From IMG/VR virus record IMGVR_UViG_3300042691_046823: a stretch of 64,000 nucleotides of DNA, one strand, 5' to 3'. Positions within the stretch are counted from its first letter, which is position 1, and every line of letters starts with the position of its first letter. The notes beneath the pieces were generated by a model, which was not told where the DNA came from, ran no database searches, and saw nothing but the letters and a program-made list of their open reading frames with translations. Position numbers and translations under genes: made by a program. Origin of the DNA: a virus. Below are positions 19,133-28,441 of the stretch, piece by piece.

Positions 19133-20049
19133 GCCACGATATCTATCAGATTCTCGAGAATCTTGATGCCGCACAGCGCCGAGCAAAACAATTGCCTGCG
19201 CTGTTCAAACCACCACAGACATCACCACAACTCGCCGGTCCGTATCCGGGGCAGAATGCCACTCGAGGCTATCTCGTAGGCGAAGGTGATGATGCTCCTC
19301 AAGTCAATCGTGGTGGGTATAATAAATTACGCGATAAAGATGATTATCTCGACAAGAGAGATTTGCTGTATCGCCTTATGACACAACCTGGTACCGACAG
19401 CGAGACCAAGGCCGAAGCCAAAGAAAGATTATCTGCCTTGAACCAAGCAGCCATGCAACAAGGCATAATCAAAGAAGGCGAAGATCGCAATCCCATGGCC
19501 CGGGCCGTCACACGCCGGATAGCACATGCCCATCCCGAGTGGCTTACACGCTATGGCGTAGAAGCTGTGCTCCAGGCCATTGACGATGTCACAGAAGACA
19601 ACATGGACTGGGAAGAAATTGGGTCAAGCGATGTGTCGGCCTATGTGAACTATGTCAAATCGGCCCTGGATGACCGCATGGTGGGCCGCGAAGACATGTC
19701 CGAGGCCAAAGAATCAGCCACAGAAGATGTTATCAGCACAATGAAGAAAAAACTGGACAACTACCTCCAGGACGTGGCCACTGCCATCAAAACAGACCCT
19801 GATCTCAAAGACAAGTTATCGCAAGACATAGATCAGATCTCGGCCGTGAAAACTTTGACCACAGATGATGGCAAAGAAATCAAGATACGTGGCAACGAAG
19901 ATGATGGTTTCCGTATCAGCATCCGCAACAAAGACCTGCCCACAGCATTCAAGTCCTTGGATGAGGCTGTCATGGCCTGTGAGATGTACAAGACTCGCCG
20001 CCGACAAGCCTTGGAAACAGCTGATTACATAGAAGAAAAAAGAACATGA
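19129..20049 (+). CDS. Hypothetical modular protein, probable virion internal protein
   Basis: MSHDIYQILE N-terminus; internal LVGEG, IKEGE, MSEA junctions. Confidence 0.6.
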   Translation: MSHDIYQILENLDAAQRRAKQLPALFKPPQTSPQLAGPYPGQNATRGYLVGEGDDAPQVNRGGYNKLRDKDDYLDKRDLLYRLMTQPGTDSETKAEAKERLSALNQAAMQQGIIKEGEDRNPMARAVTRRIAHAHPEWLTRYGVEAVLQAIDDVTEDNMDWEEIGSSDVSAYVNYVKSALDDRMVGREDMSEAKESATEDVISTMKKKLDNYLQDVATAIKTDPDLKDKLSQDIDQISAVKTLTTDDGKEIKIRGNEDDGFRISIRNKDLPTAFKSLDEAVMACEMYKTRRRQALETADYIEEKRT

Positions 20050-22139
20050 TATTAGACGATATATTTGAAGCCCTCAAGCCCAGCGACATGCCTACATACC
20101 TGCGCAGGCAAGCAGGCCGTCCCGATCTCACCCTGCGTGACATTGACAAAGAACGACCACAGAGCGCATATCGTTATAAGGTAGGCGACAAAGAATTCAT
20201 GAGCCTGGGGCCTGCCGCGGAGTATGCCAAAGGTACTGGACAATCTGTGCAGACCATCAAATTGGATGAGCAAGGGCAATCCGATCCCAATGTCATACGC
20301 GGCATGGAGAATCTGCGCAACCTTGAAACCAATGCCAAAAACGACATCTCTGTGTACATCAAAAATCAGACCGGTAGAGTCAAATACCAGGTCAAGTTAC
20401 CCGGTGACAAGGAGTGGGTCATAGGTCATGCCAAGGAGTGGACTGACGCTGGCAAGGCACAAGATCTCTATCGTTTCATGGGCACAGCTGAAGGATTTGA
20501 TTTCCTACTCAGCGCCTGGGAAAAGGAAGATGCTATCAAAGCCCGTGCCCAGCAGGCACAGCAAGATGTCGAACCTGCTGCCGGTGATCTCTTCTCTCCC
20601 ACGCAATCCGGTGGCGCAAAAAGTCCTCGACGACAGGACGAAACCACCCTTCCTCAAAAAAAAAGATCTGAAGTAGCAGAAGCACCTGCCGGGGCTCAAG
20701 GACGTACCGAAAGGATGATGTCCAAGATGCGGGCAAGGCAACCTCAAGCCACGTCTGATGTGGAAGCTCTGGCCTACGAACTCGAAGACGCCGAGCGTCG
20801 TGACAGCCAAGAAATCAATAAATTAGAAAAAGAAGTTGACAATCTCGAAACAGATATCAAGTCAGATCTGCAAAAACGCATCGCCACCTTGACAAAACGC
20901 CGTGGTGGTATACAACAAGCTGTTGAAAAAGATACCAAGACAGACGCGGTGTTAGACCAACTATCACGAGTCAACGATGAACAACAAAAAGAAATCAACA
21001 GTCTTGAAAAAGCAGTGGCCAATCTATCTGATATCTCTAAATCTATAAAGGTATCAATACCCAAGAGCGAGCCGGACAAAGCCCCCGCGATCAAACCAGT
21101 TGCTACGCCCCGTGTCGTGCTACCTACGATCAAATCTCAAACCCCCACTGCTCCTGCGGCAGCTGCTCCTGTGAAATCAGAACCTGTGTCGATTTCTCCG
21201 GCATCGACAGCAGATGAGTTAGCGGCCAATGAGCCGGCCCTTGATCCGGCACAACGCCGACAGCGTTTTTCTTTAGTACAACAAGCGGCTGAATCAACCA
21301 CCGAGGGTATCATGGATCGCGTTGGTCGGGCTATTGGATTTCAGCCAACGACCAATCCTTTTAGAGATCTAACATCCGCAGAAAAAGCGATGAATATTAG
21401 ATCTAATGTGGCCACATCAGCCAAAGCCATGGGCAATCAAGGCGCTTATCGCCAGCAACAACAGGCCCTGCAAAACCTGGCCCAGTCAGAAAAACTCAAG
21501 ATACAAAATCAAATCGCAGATATACAAAAGCAAATCAAGCAAGCAAACATTTCCGGGGACATCGACAAGGCCAGAGAACTACAACGACAATCCACGATGT
21601 TGCGACAGCGAGCTGGAATGTTCAAACAAGATGTAGCATCGGCGAGAACAGCAGCCGGCACAATTGCTCCAAAATCATCTACACCACCTGGGGGTGCTGG
21701 CGCATTTGGTAGCATGGTGGGACAGCTCACTGGTACTCCTATGCCCGCTGCCACAACCGGATCTGCTGCCCCAGCGGCAGCGACCAAGGCGCCTGTTACT
21801 GCCCAAACGCCGACCACGGTGCCGACACAGACAGGAACCTGGCGCATGGGGCAACCAATCACAGTGGGAGGGCAGGTTATCAGCCCACGTGATCCCAACT
21901 ATCAAAAAATAGCACAGCAATTGGTCAAGCAAGGTGTAAAAGAGCAACAGATCAATGAAAAGAAAAAAAGACCCACACCAACCAATCCAGGTCTCTGGAG
22001 CAGGGCAAAGTCTGCAGCCAGATCCAAGTTTGATGTGTATCCATCGGCCTACGCCAACGCATGGGCAGCCAAATGGTACAAATCCAAGGGCGGTGGATGG
22101 CGCATGGGCAAAGGACCTAAAAAAGGAGCTGAAGAATGA
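20046..22139 (+). CDS. Modular coiled-coil protein with basic C-terminal module
   Basis: MILDDIFEA N-terminus; VAEA, TTEG, INEK junctions; C-terminal KFDVYPSAYANAWAAKWYKSKGGGW. Confidence 0.65.
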   Translation: MILDDIFEALKPSDMPTYLRRQAGRPDLTLRDIDKERPQSAYRYKVGDKEFMSLGPAAEYAKGTGQSVQTIKLDEQGQSDPNVIRGMENLRNLETNAKNDISVYIKNQTGRVKYQVKLPGDKEWVIGHAKEWTDAGKAQDLYRFMGTAEGFDFLLSAWEKEDAIKARAQQAQQDVEPAAGDLFSPTQSGGAKSPRRQDETTLPQKKRSEVAEAPAGAQGRTERMMSKMRARQPQATSDVEALAYELEDAERRDSQEINKLEKEVDNLETDIKSDLQKRIATLTKRRGGIQQAVEKDTKTDAVLDQLSRVNDEQQKEINSLEKAVANLSDISKSIKVSIPKSEPDKAPAIKPVATPRVVLPTIKSQTPTAPAAAAPVKSEPVSISPASTADELAANEPALDPAQRRQRFSLVQQAAESTTEGIMDRVGRAIGFQPTTNPFRDLTSAEKAMNIRSNVATSAKAMGNQGAYRQQQQALQNLAQSEKLKIQNQIADIQKQIKQANISGDIDKARELQRQSTMLRQRAGMFKQDVASARTAAGTIAPKSSTPPGGAGAFGSMVGQLTGTPMPAATTGSAAPAAATKAPVTAQTPTTVPTQTGTWRMGQPITVGGQVISPRDPNYQKIAQQLVKQGVKEQQINEKKKRPTPTNPGLWSRAKSAARSKFDVYPSAYANAWAAKWYKSKGGGWRMGKGPKKGAEE

Positions 22140-22240
22140 AAAATTTTGAAATCAAATTACAAGGGGCCTGGCACAGAGTGACAGCACCCAGCCTGGCTGC
22201 TGCCGTGCGCATGGTAAGACAACAACTGGGACTGGCATGA
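22136..22240 (+). CDS. 34-aa micro-protein (absent from the ORF track)
   Basis: MKNFEIKLQGAWHRVTAPSLAAAVRMVRQQLGLA*; SD AAGGAG; ATGA overlaps at both ends. Confidence 0.6.
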   Translation: MKNFEIKLQGAWHRVTAPSLAAAVRMVRQQLGLA

Positions 22241-22644
22241 GAGATCTCATCAATCTCATGGAAGCAGTGAGCCAAGGTTGTCCTGAGGCAACTCGGAGCA
22301 TCGATGTGAATCTTAAAAATCGGCAAAAGGCCATAGATGAATACGGCTATGGACCCTTGGATCCAGGACAACCCAATGACGAATTTTGGCAGGCCAAGGC
22401 CGAAGAATGGAACATGGACGATCCCGGCCAGGCTCGGACAGCTCTTTGTGGCAATTGCGCCGCTTTCGACAAAAGTCCCGATATGCTCGATTGCATAGCC
22501 AAGGGTATCGGAACCGAGCCTGGGTCGGACCCCATGAGCACCATAGATGCCGGCGATCTTGGATATTGCAAGTTCTTGAAATTCAAGTGCGCGGCCAAGC
22601 GCACCTGCGATGCCTGGGTCGAGGGTGGACCCATCGTAAAATGA
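22237..22644 (+). CDS. Cys-rich protein with leader
   Basis: MRDLINLMEA; CGNC...GYC...C...TC metal-binding pattern. Confidence 0.7.
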   Translation: MRDLINLMEAVSQGCPEATRSIDVNLKNRQKAIDEYGYGPLDPGQPNDEFWQAKAEEWNMDDPGQARTALCGNCAAFDKSPDMLDCIAKGIGTEPGSDPMSTIDAGDLGYCKFLKFKCAAKRTCDAWVEGGPIVK

Positions 22645-23105
22645 GAGCACAAGAATTCATCATCGAAGGTGCTTACCAAGGTGGACTGCGTAAATGGTTC
22701 AAACAGCGGTGGGTCAACATCGGCAAAAAGAAAAAAGGTGGCGGCCATCCTGAATGTGGGACATCTGGCAAGAAAAAGGGCTATGCCAAATGCGTGCCCG
22801 CTGCCAAGGCTGCGGCCATGAGCGACAAACAAAAGGCGTCGGCCGTGCGTCGCAAACGACAAGCGCAGGGCAGGGCTGGCAAACCAGGCAAAGACGTAGG
22901 TGGTGGCGGTAGAAAGCCAGTGCGTGTGGCTACCAAAACAAACGAAGAACAATTAGACGAGTTGACTTTCAAGGGCAGTCCGTGTACAGTAGACTGTAGT
23001 GGTCACAGAGCCGGTTATGAATGGTATAAACGTAAAAGACGCACCCCAAATTCCTGGAGCCCCAGTTTCAACAACGGGGCAGCCATCGCTGCCGCAGGAA
23101 AATGA
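22641..23105 (+). CDS. MRAQEF-leader two-module basic protein
   Basis: Start reassigned to ATG 22641 (ATGA overlap); GLRKWFKQRWV module, then LDEL junction and CTVDCSGHRAGY module. Confidence 0.75.
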   Translation: MRAQEFIIEGAYQGGLRKWFKQRWVNIGKKKKGGGHPECGTSGKKKGYAKCVPAAKAAAMSDKQKASAVRRKRQAQGRAGKPGKDVGGGGRKPVRVATKTNEEQLDELTFKGSPCTVDCSGHRAGYEWYKRKRRTPNSWSPSFNNGAAIAAAGK

Positions 23106-23174
23106 TCCTGTGCAATATCCAGTGTATCCCGAAGATGACGGCGCCGATCGGCCCCGCTATCCTTTCAGTCCTGT

Positions 23175-23744
23175 ATGAACATTCGTGATCTTGCAGAAAG
23201 CAGTGGTTACAGTTTAGCCGGGAGTTTCACACGAGATCTCACTGCCAGCAAGGTCTGGCTGATCAGTGAACTGGCTCGCATCCAGCCTCGAGTAGGCACT
23301 GTGTACGTGTTGGGATCATGGTTCGGCAATATCAGCCTTTATCTAAAGTTAATGGATGTCCTGGATCACGGTAAAATAATCAATGTAGAACGAGACCGAG
23401 ACATGCTACGCCAAAGTCAGCGCATGCTGGATCACATCGGCGCACAAAACGTGAATCATGTATTGGCCGATGCCAATGACATCGATTACCGCCAACTGGC
23501 CAATGATGGTGTGATCATCAACACCAGCCTCACAGACATGCCAGGTCGAATATGGTTTGATAACATCCCCCAGGGCACTCTGGTGGTCATGCAAGCCAGA
23601 GATCATGACTCCGGCAGACAGTTTAACAGCACCCAAGACATCTTGGATCGATATCCCTTAGCAGAACTTAATTACCAAGGAGATCTCGACTTACAAGATC
23701 CCGAAACCAAATATACCAGATTCATGGTCATAGGACGCAAGTGA
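23175..23744 (+). CDS. Class I SAM-dependent methyltransferase-like protein with leader
   Basis: MNIRDLAES; VYVLGSWFG motif I, INVE, ADAN, INTS, RFMVIG. Confidence 0.6.
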   Translation: MNIRDLAESSGYSLAGSFTRDLTASKVWLISELARIQPRVGTVYVLGSWFGNISLYLKLMDVLDHGKIINVERDRDMLRQSQRMLDHIGAQNVNHVLADANDIDYRQLANDGVIINTSLTDMPGRIWFDNIPQGTLVVMQARDHDSGRQFNSTQDILDRYPLAELNYQGDLDLQDPETKYTRFMVIGRK

Positions 23745-23992
23745 GCGACCGACAAGAAACTTACATCTATGAAAGCCCCGATGGTGGAGACACCGTCTAT
23801 CGTCGTAGGATAGGAGCTGCCCCGGATCAGAGAGAACTGCATACCCGCAGCCAAAAGGCCATTGACACAGAAAAAATTCTGAATCATCACAAACTCTGGG
23901 GACGCATCCACCATGATGCCGAATCGGATCCGGTACTCAAAGACATGCTGGAAAGAATCGAAGTCTACTATCAATTGAAGAATTCGCCTTAG
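23741..23992 (+). CDS. Hypothetical protein
   Basis: YIYESPDGGDTVYRR; GTGA overlap. Confidence 0.6.
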   Translation: MSDRQETYIYESPDGGDTVYRRRIGAAPDQRELHTRSQKAIDTEKILNHHKLWGRIHHDAESDPVLKDMLERIEVYYQLKNSP

Positions 23993-24066
23993 GACCGTTA
24001 AACCTACGGTGAGTGGGCGGCTGCTGCCCCTGTCCTGGATTCGCTACCCTTGGACCGGAAGTGAGC
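23983..24066 (+). ncRNA. Putative structured RNA (four-way junction)
   Basis: TTCGC/GTGAG, ACCGT/ACGGT, GGGC/GCCC, GTCC/GGAC stems fill a GC-rich intergenic gap. Confidence 0.5.
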
Positions 24067-24078
24067 ATAAATTAAAAC

Positions 24079-25242
24079 ATGTATAATGTCTACCAACATT
24101 GGGACCCACTACAAACCTGCTTGGTGGGACGCACCTATCCTCCAGAGTTCTACTCCTGGATCAGCGATACACAGACTCGTACCAGATTTGAGACTTTAGC
24201 CGAGGAAACAGAAGAAGACTATCAGCAGCTGATAAAATTGCTGACCAATCGATTCGGCGTCACTGTGTTTCGTCCTAAATTTCCTTCAGACCTTGACAGT
24301 CTTTACATCCAAGGAAAATGGGTACAACCCCCAACTGCTCCCAGAGACTACTTCTTGATGATCCAAGATCGATTTTGGGTCCCGGATGTGCCCAATGCCA
24401 GCCATGCATGGTCTGTTTTCTACCGACAAAACAAGCAGTCGTGGTGGCCTGATTATGTGCGTCCGGATGATTTCTACAAGGCTTTGCCAGAATTTGCGTT
24501 AGACACACAGTCGCGTTTTGCAGACTTTTGTGTCGTTGATCAAAAGCATCTTGATGCCAAATTAGGATTTTATGATCATGTGTTTGCAGATATCCAAGCA
24601 CAAGGCAACGAAATCGTGTATACCGAACTTGATTTTATCAATGGATGTTTTGTGAGCAGGTTAGGCAAAGATCTATATTTTGCCACGCAGACCTACTATG
24701 ATGACAAACAAGATATCCTGCGCAGGGTAAACCAATTGTTTCCGGATACCAGGAATCATGTGGTGAATTCTGGCGGACATGGAGACGCTGTGTATTGTCC
24801 TGTGGCGCCAGGATTGATAATCAGCCTCAATGACATACCGACCTATGCAGACACGTTCCCAGATTGGGAAGTAGTGTACCTTCCACCGTCCAACTACAGC
24901 CACATGCGCGAATTTGAACATTCTATGAAACGCAACAAAGGTCGATGGTTCATTCCAGGATTTGAACGGGATAATAATCTTATCAACATGGTTGATCACT
25001 ATTTTGATGAGTGGGTCGGGCAGGTTTCTGAAACTGTGTTTGATGTCAACATACTCATAGTCAATCCCAAGAACATCGTGGTATCAACTCACAACGACCA
25101 GGTAGAGGCTGCCTGTGCTCGCCATGGCATCGAAGTCCATGTGGTACCATTCAGGCACAAGTATTTTTGGGACTGTGGAATACACTGTGTGACCAATGAT
25201 TTGAGCCGCCAAGGACACATGCAAAATTTGTTCCATGGTTAG
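24079..25242 (+). CDS. Amidinotransferase (pentein superfamily)
   Basis: WDPLQTCLVG, PRD, GHGD, FDVN and C-terminal GIHCVT catalytic Cys motif. Confidence 0.8.
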   Translation: MYNVYQHWDPLQTCLVGRTYPPEFYSWISDTQTRTRFETLAEETEEDYQQLIKLLTNRFGVTVFRPKFPSDLDSLYIQGKWVQPPTAPRDYFLMIQDRFWVPDVPNASHAWSVFYRQNKQSWWPDYVRPDDFYKALPEFALDTQSRFADFCVVDQKHLDAKLGFYDHVFADIQAQGNEIVYTELDFINGCFVSRLGKDLYFATQTYYDDKQDILRRVNQLFPDTRNHVVNSGGHGDAVYCPVAPGLIISLNDIPTYADTFPDWEVVYLPPSNYSHMREFEHSMKRNKGRWFIPGFERDNNLINMVDHYFDEWVGQVSETVFDVNILIVNPKNIVVSTHNDQVEAACARHGIEVHVVPFRHKYFWDCGIHCVTNDLSRQGHMQNLFHG

Positions 25243-26143
25243 AATTCAGGGTCCGGATCTATCCTTTCAAGGAACATTGACACCACACACAGCATGGGTG
25301 CGTGTGACTGATCACTACTCATCCCGGTCTCTCGACGATCTCCTGCATAGGCACGGTTGTAAACAGGTCAAGATCTTCCAAGATTTTTTTTGGTTGCCAG
25401 TAGATTCTGATTTTCCTACCCGGTTTGCTCCAACCTGGTTGCAAGAATTTTGTAGATTTGCGTTGACATATCCGGATGTGCCGACTGAGATTCCAGAGAC
25501 CAAACACTGTTTTAATTTCATGATCTACAAACTCAGAGCGCCAAGGCAAACAGCTATACTAACCTTGATTGATAGGCATCTGGTTACAGAATGCTACACC
25601 TTGTGCGAAGATAATCATACCAGTATGAAAGCAAAAACCTATGGCAATGGCAGGCAGACGGTTTACGACAACACAGCCGACTACAATGATTTTTTGAAAA
25701 CTCACGTGTTTGATCACTCTGCTGTGGCCTTGATCACTGAGACCATTGAACCAGAATGGCATCACAACATGACCTTCACAGAAAAAACCATTTGGCCCAT
25801 GCTCAGTTATAACTTTCCAATCTGGTTAGGCGGCTATCGCCAGGCCGATCTATGGAAAGCAGTAGGGTTTGATATATTTGAAGACATTATCAATCACGAC
25901 TATCAATGGGATCCCAACCCTGACCGAAGAATCTCACGTGCATTGGACGAAAATCTAAGACTGTTGACTGACTTGGATTACGTATCAAATCTCAGGCTAC
26001 AGATGCGACAAAGATTGTTGGCCAATCAACTCTTGGTATTGAATCAACACATAGATTCTTACTGTCAAAAGGTTCTGGATCGAATTGATATCCCTAAAGA
26101 CTTGATGTATTTTGTCCATACACATACCGGGCCCGGGTCATGA
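25235..26143 (+). CDS. Hypothetical protein, possible GT-B-like enzyme
   Basis: LITET...FTEKT..P...GFDIF..IINHDY motif. Confidence 0.5.
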   Translation: MVRIQGPDLSFQGTLTPHTAWVRVTDHYSSRSLDDLLHRHGCKQVKIFQDFFWLPVDSDFPTRFAPTWLQEFCRFALTYPDVPTEIPETKHCFNFMIYKLRAPRQTAILTLIDRHLVTECYTLCEDNHTSMKAKTYGNGRQTVYDNTADYNDFLKTHVFDHSAVALITETIEPEWHHNMTFTEKTIWPMLSYNFPIWLGGYRQADLWKAVGFDIFEDIINHDYQWDPNPDRRISRALDENLRLLTDLDYVSNLRLQMRQRLLANQLLVLNQHIDSYCQKVLDRIDIPKDLMYFVHTHTGPGS

Positions 26144-27213
26144 CATCTTTTTATCATCTTTCAGATGGCTACACCTGGGAAGTCATATCCAAGCATACCA
26201 ACTTCAAACACTTCCATTTGCTTCAAAACCTAATCGGCAAGGATGTGTTCTGGGCCAATGTAGGTTGGCCACAACAACACTGGGATTTACCTCATGGGCA
26301 TAAAGCATATGTGGTCATGGTCGAAGGACCCGAGGTAATCTGGATTGAACGGCAGGCATCACGCATGCATGCTCCTGTTATTGTGTTAGGCATGATCAAT
26401 CAATATGATTACTCTTGTGCCAACGTAGTATATGTGCCCTGGACCGAATGGCACTATCAAACCAAAACAATGTTAGAAACTTTTGCTTGGTCTTCAAAAA
26501 CATCCTGTACGCATCTTATCAGTTCGTTGAGTGCTCGCATATCTCAAAACAAAATTTGGAGTACCATGGCAGTCATAGACCAGATCGACCGATCTCAAAG
26601 ACTTGTATCTAACAGCGACTGGGTTGAAATGAAAAATGTCCATGATTGGAAACCCACTGGCAATCTTAGATTGGATGATTTGACTGTGCGATATCAACAA
26701 CATCTGCTAGGCCATAAGTTGGCTGTGGATGATTTTGACCAACAAGCGCAGAGCAGTCTGATCAATCATGATTATACATCCAAGGCCTATAGAAATGTTG
26801 TATTCAATGTGACCAACGAAAGCTGGCATTACAGTTTGCACCACACCCCTGACCGACAATACACGTATCCTGGACCATTTCTAACTGAAAAAACCATGAA
26901 ATGTCTGCTAAGTGAAACTGCGATTATAGCCAATGGTCAATTTGATACCTACCGGACTTTAGAATCTCTTGGCATGCAATTTGATTATGGCTTTGATCTA
27001 CATTATGACTCAGAATCAGGCAACATTGATCGCAGTGTGGGCATGATAGATCTGATTTCTCAAGTCGGCGAACATGGCATTGCTTATTGGTTTGATCGCA
27101 CTTTGATGAGCCGCCGACACAACCGCGAACACATAGTCACGGGACATTTTTACGATGCCTGTGAGTCAATCAATCTCAAAGCCATGGATCTGATACAGCA
27201 GGTATTGTCATGA
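26140..27213 (+). CDS. Hypothetical protein, distant paralog of the upstream gene
   Basis: NVTNES...FLTEKT..CL...LGMQF...YD motif. Confidence 0.5.
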   Translation: MTSFYHLSDGYTWEVISKHTNFKHFHLLQNLIGKDVFWANVGWPQQHWDLPHGHKAYVVMVEGPEVIWIERQASRMHAPVIVLGMINQYDYSCANVVYVPWTEWHYQTKTMLETFAWSSKTSCTHLISSLSARISQNKIWSTMAVIDQIDRSQRLVSNSDWVEMKNVHDWKPTGNLRLDDLTVRYQQHLLGHKLAVDDFDQQAQSSLINHDYTSKAYRNVVFNVTNESWHYSLHHTPDRQYTYPGPFLTEKTMKCLLSETAIIANGQFDTYRTLESLGMQFDYGFDLHYDSESGNIDRSVGMIDLISQVGEHGIAYWFDRTLMSRRHNREHIVTGHFYDACESINLKAMDLIQQVLS

Positions 27214-28049
27214 CACGTCGAATGTTGCCATTTCTGGAAATGATGTCTACTAACGTGTGTAACCTTAGTTGTGCTGGATGCACCACTTTTTCAGACCTGG
27301 ATCATCGTGGATACATGACCTGGGCGCAGGCCCGACAGCAGATTGAACCTTGGTTGGAAAGACTGGACATACAGGCATTTGGATTCATGGGGGGAGAACC
27401 TCTGATCAATCCAGATTTGCGTGCGTGGCTCGTAGGAATCAGAGAACTCATGCCAAACACACAGATACGTTTTATAACCAATGGTCTTTTGTTAGAACGT
27501 CACTGGTGGGTTGTAGATCTGCTTGATCAACTTGGTAATTCAGTGCTGAAAATTAGCAAGCATGTCAATGATCCGCGCATAGATTCGGCTATATCTCAAG
27601 TGTTTGCCAGCCGAAAATGGGTCGCGATCAAAGAGTTTGGCATTGACCGATGGCATTCGCCGTCGGGCATGCGTTTTCAGATTGCATCACCTACACGTTT
27701 CTTAAAGACCTTCCAGGGTGATTATCATGACATGAGACCCCATGACAACAATATACATGATGCGTTCGATGTCTGTGTGCAACAGCGATGCCCTTTGCTA
27801 CACGACTCACGCCTTTACAAATGCGGCACAGCGGGTCTCACGCCCAAGATAGTGCAAAGGCACGGAATGCCCAATTCGGCTCTCTGGCAACCTTATTTGA
27901 CCAAAGGGCTGGATTCTGATTGCAGTGATCGTGAACTTGATAAATTTATCAACAATTTTGGCAAGCCACATGCTATATGCCGGCAGTGTCCTTCATCAAA
28001 AGATCACATGAGCATGTTGGATCATACCAAAACGGTGAAATTTAAATAG
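27210..28049 (+). CDS. Radical SAM enzyme with C-terminal Cys (SPASM/twitch-like) region
   Basis: CNLSCAGC, MGGEP, TNG, LYKC, CRQC. Confidence 0.85.
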   Translation: MTRRMLPFLEMMSTNVCNLSCAGCTTFSDLDHRGYMTWAQARQQIEPWLERLDIQAFGFMGGEPLINPDLRAWLVGIRELMPNTQIRFITNGLLLERHWWVVDLLDQLGNSVLKISKHVNDPRIDSAISQVFASRKWVAIKEFGIDRWHSPSGMRFQIASPTRFLKTFQGDYHDMRPHDNNIHDAFDVCVQQRCPLLHDSRLYKCGTAGLTPKIVQRHGMPNSALWQPYLTKGLDSDCSDRELDKFINNFGKPHAICRQCPSSKDHMSMLDHTKTVKFK

Positions 28050-28075
28050 ACAACCACGGAGCCACATGTTACAAT
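28047..28075 (+). promoter_or_regulatory. Sigma70-like promoter overlapping a TAAATA
   Basis: TAGACA-17-TACAAT; TAAATA at 28043-48. Confidence 0.55.
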
Positions 28076-28096
28076 CAATGACCAACAGGAGATTTT

Positions 28097-28357
28097 ATGG
28101 ACAATCGTAATTTTTCAGCAGAACAAAAAGCCAAACTCACACAGATAATCAACGAAGGCATGCAGGTCATGCACGAAATCGAAACGCTCAACGGTGGACT
28201 TAGTGACACTGTCAAGGCCGTGGCCGAGGAACTGGATATCAAACCCAACATCCTTAAAAAAGCCATCCGTATTGCCCACAAAGCAGAATTTGGCAAAGAG
28301 CAACAGGATCACGAATTGTTGGAAACAATTTTGACTACAGTGGGCAAGACTTTATAA
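28097..28357 (+). CDS. Small dsDNA-binding protein (T4 DsbA/GapR-like)
   Basis: 86 aa helical; KAVAEELDIKPNILKKAIRIAHK; SD AGGAG; precedes DNA polymerase. Confidence 0.5.
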   Translation: MDNRNFSAEQKAKLTQIINEGMQVMHEIETLNGGLSDTVKAVAEELDIKPNILKKAIRIAHKAEFGKEQQDHELLETILTTVGKTL

Positions 28358-28441
28358 TTACTGTTATCATCAACAGCGACTCGCCCACGATACGGGCATG
28401 TAGAACGGCACGGGTGGGCCATAAGCCACAGGAGAAAAAAT

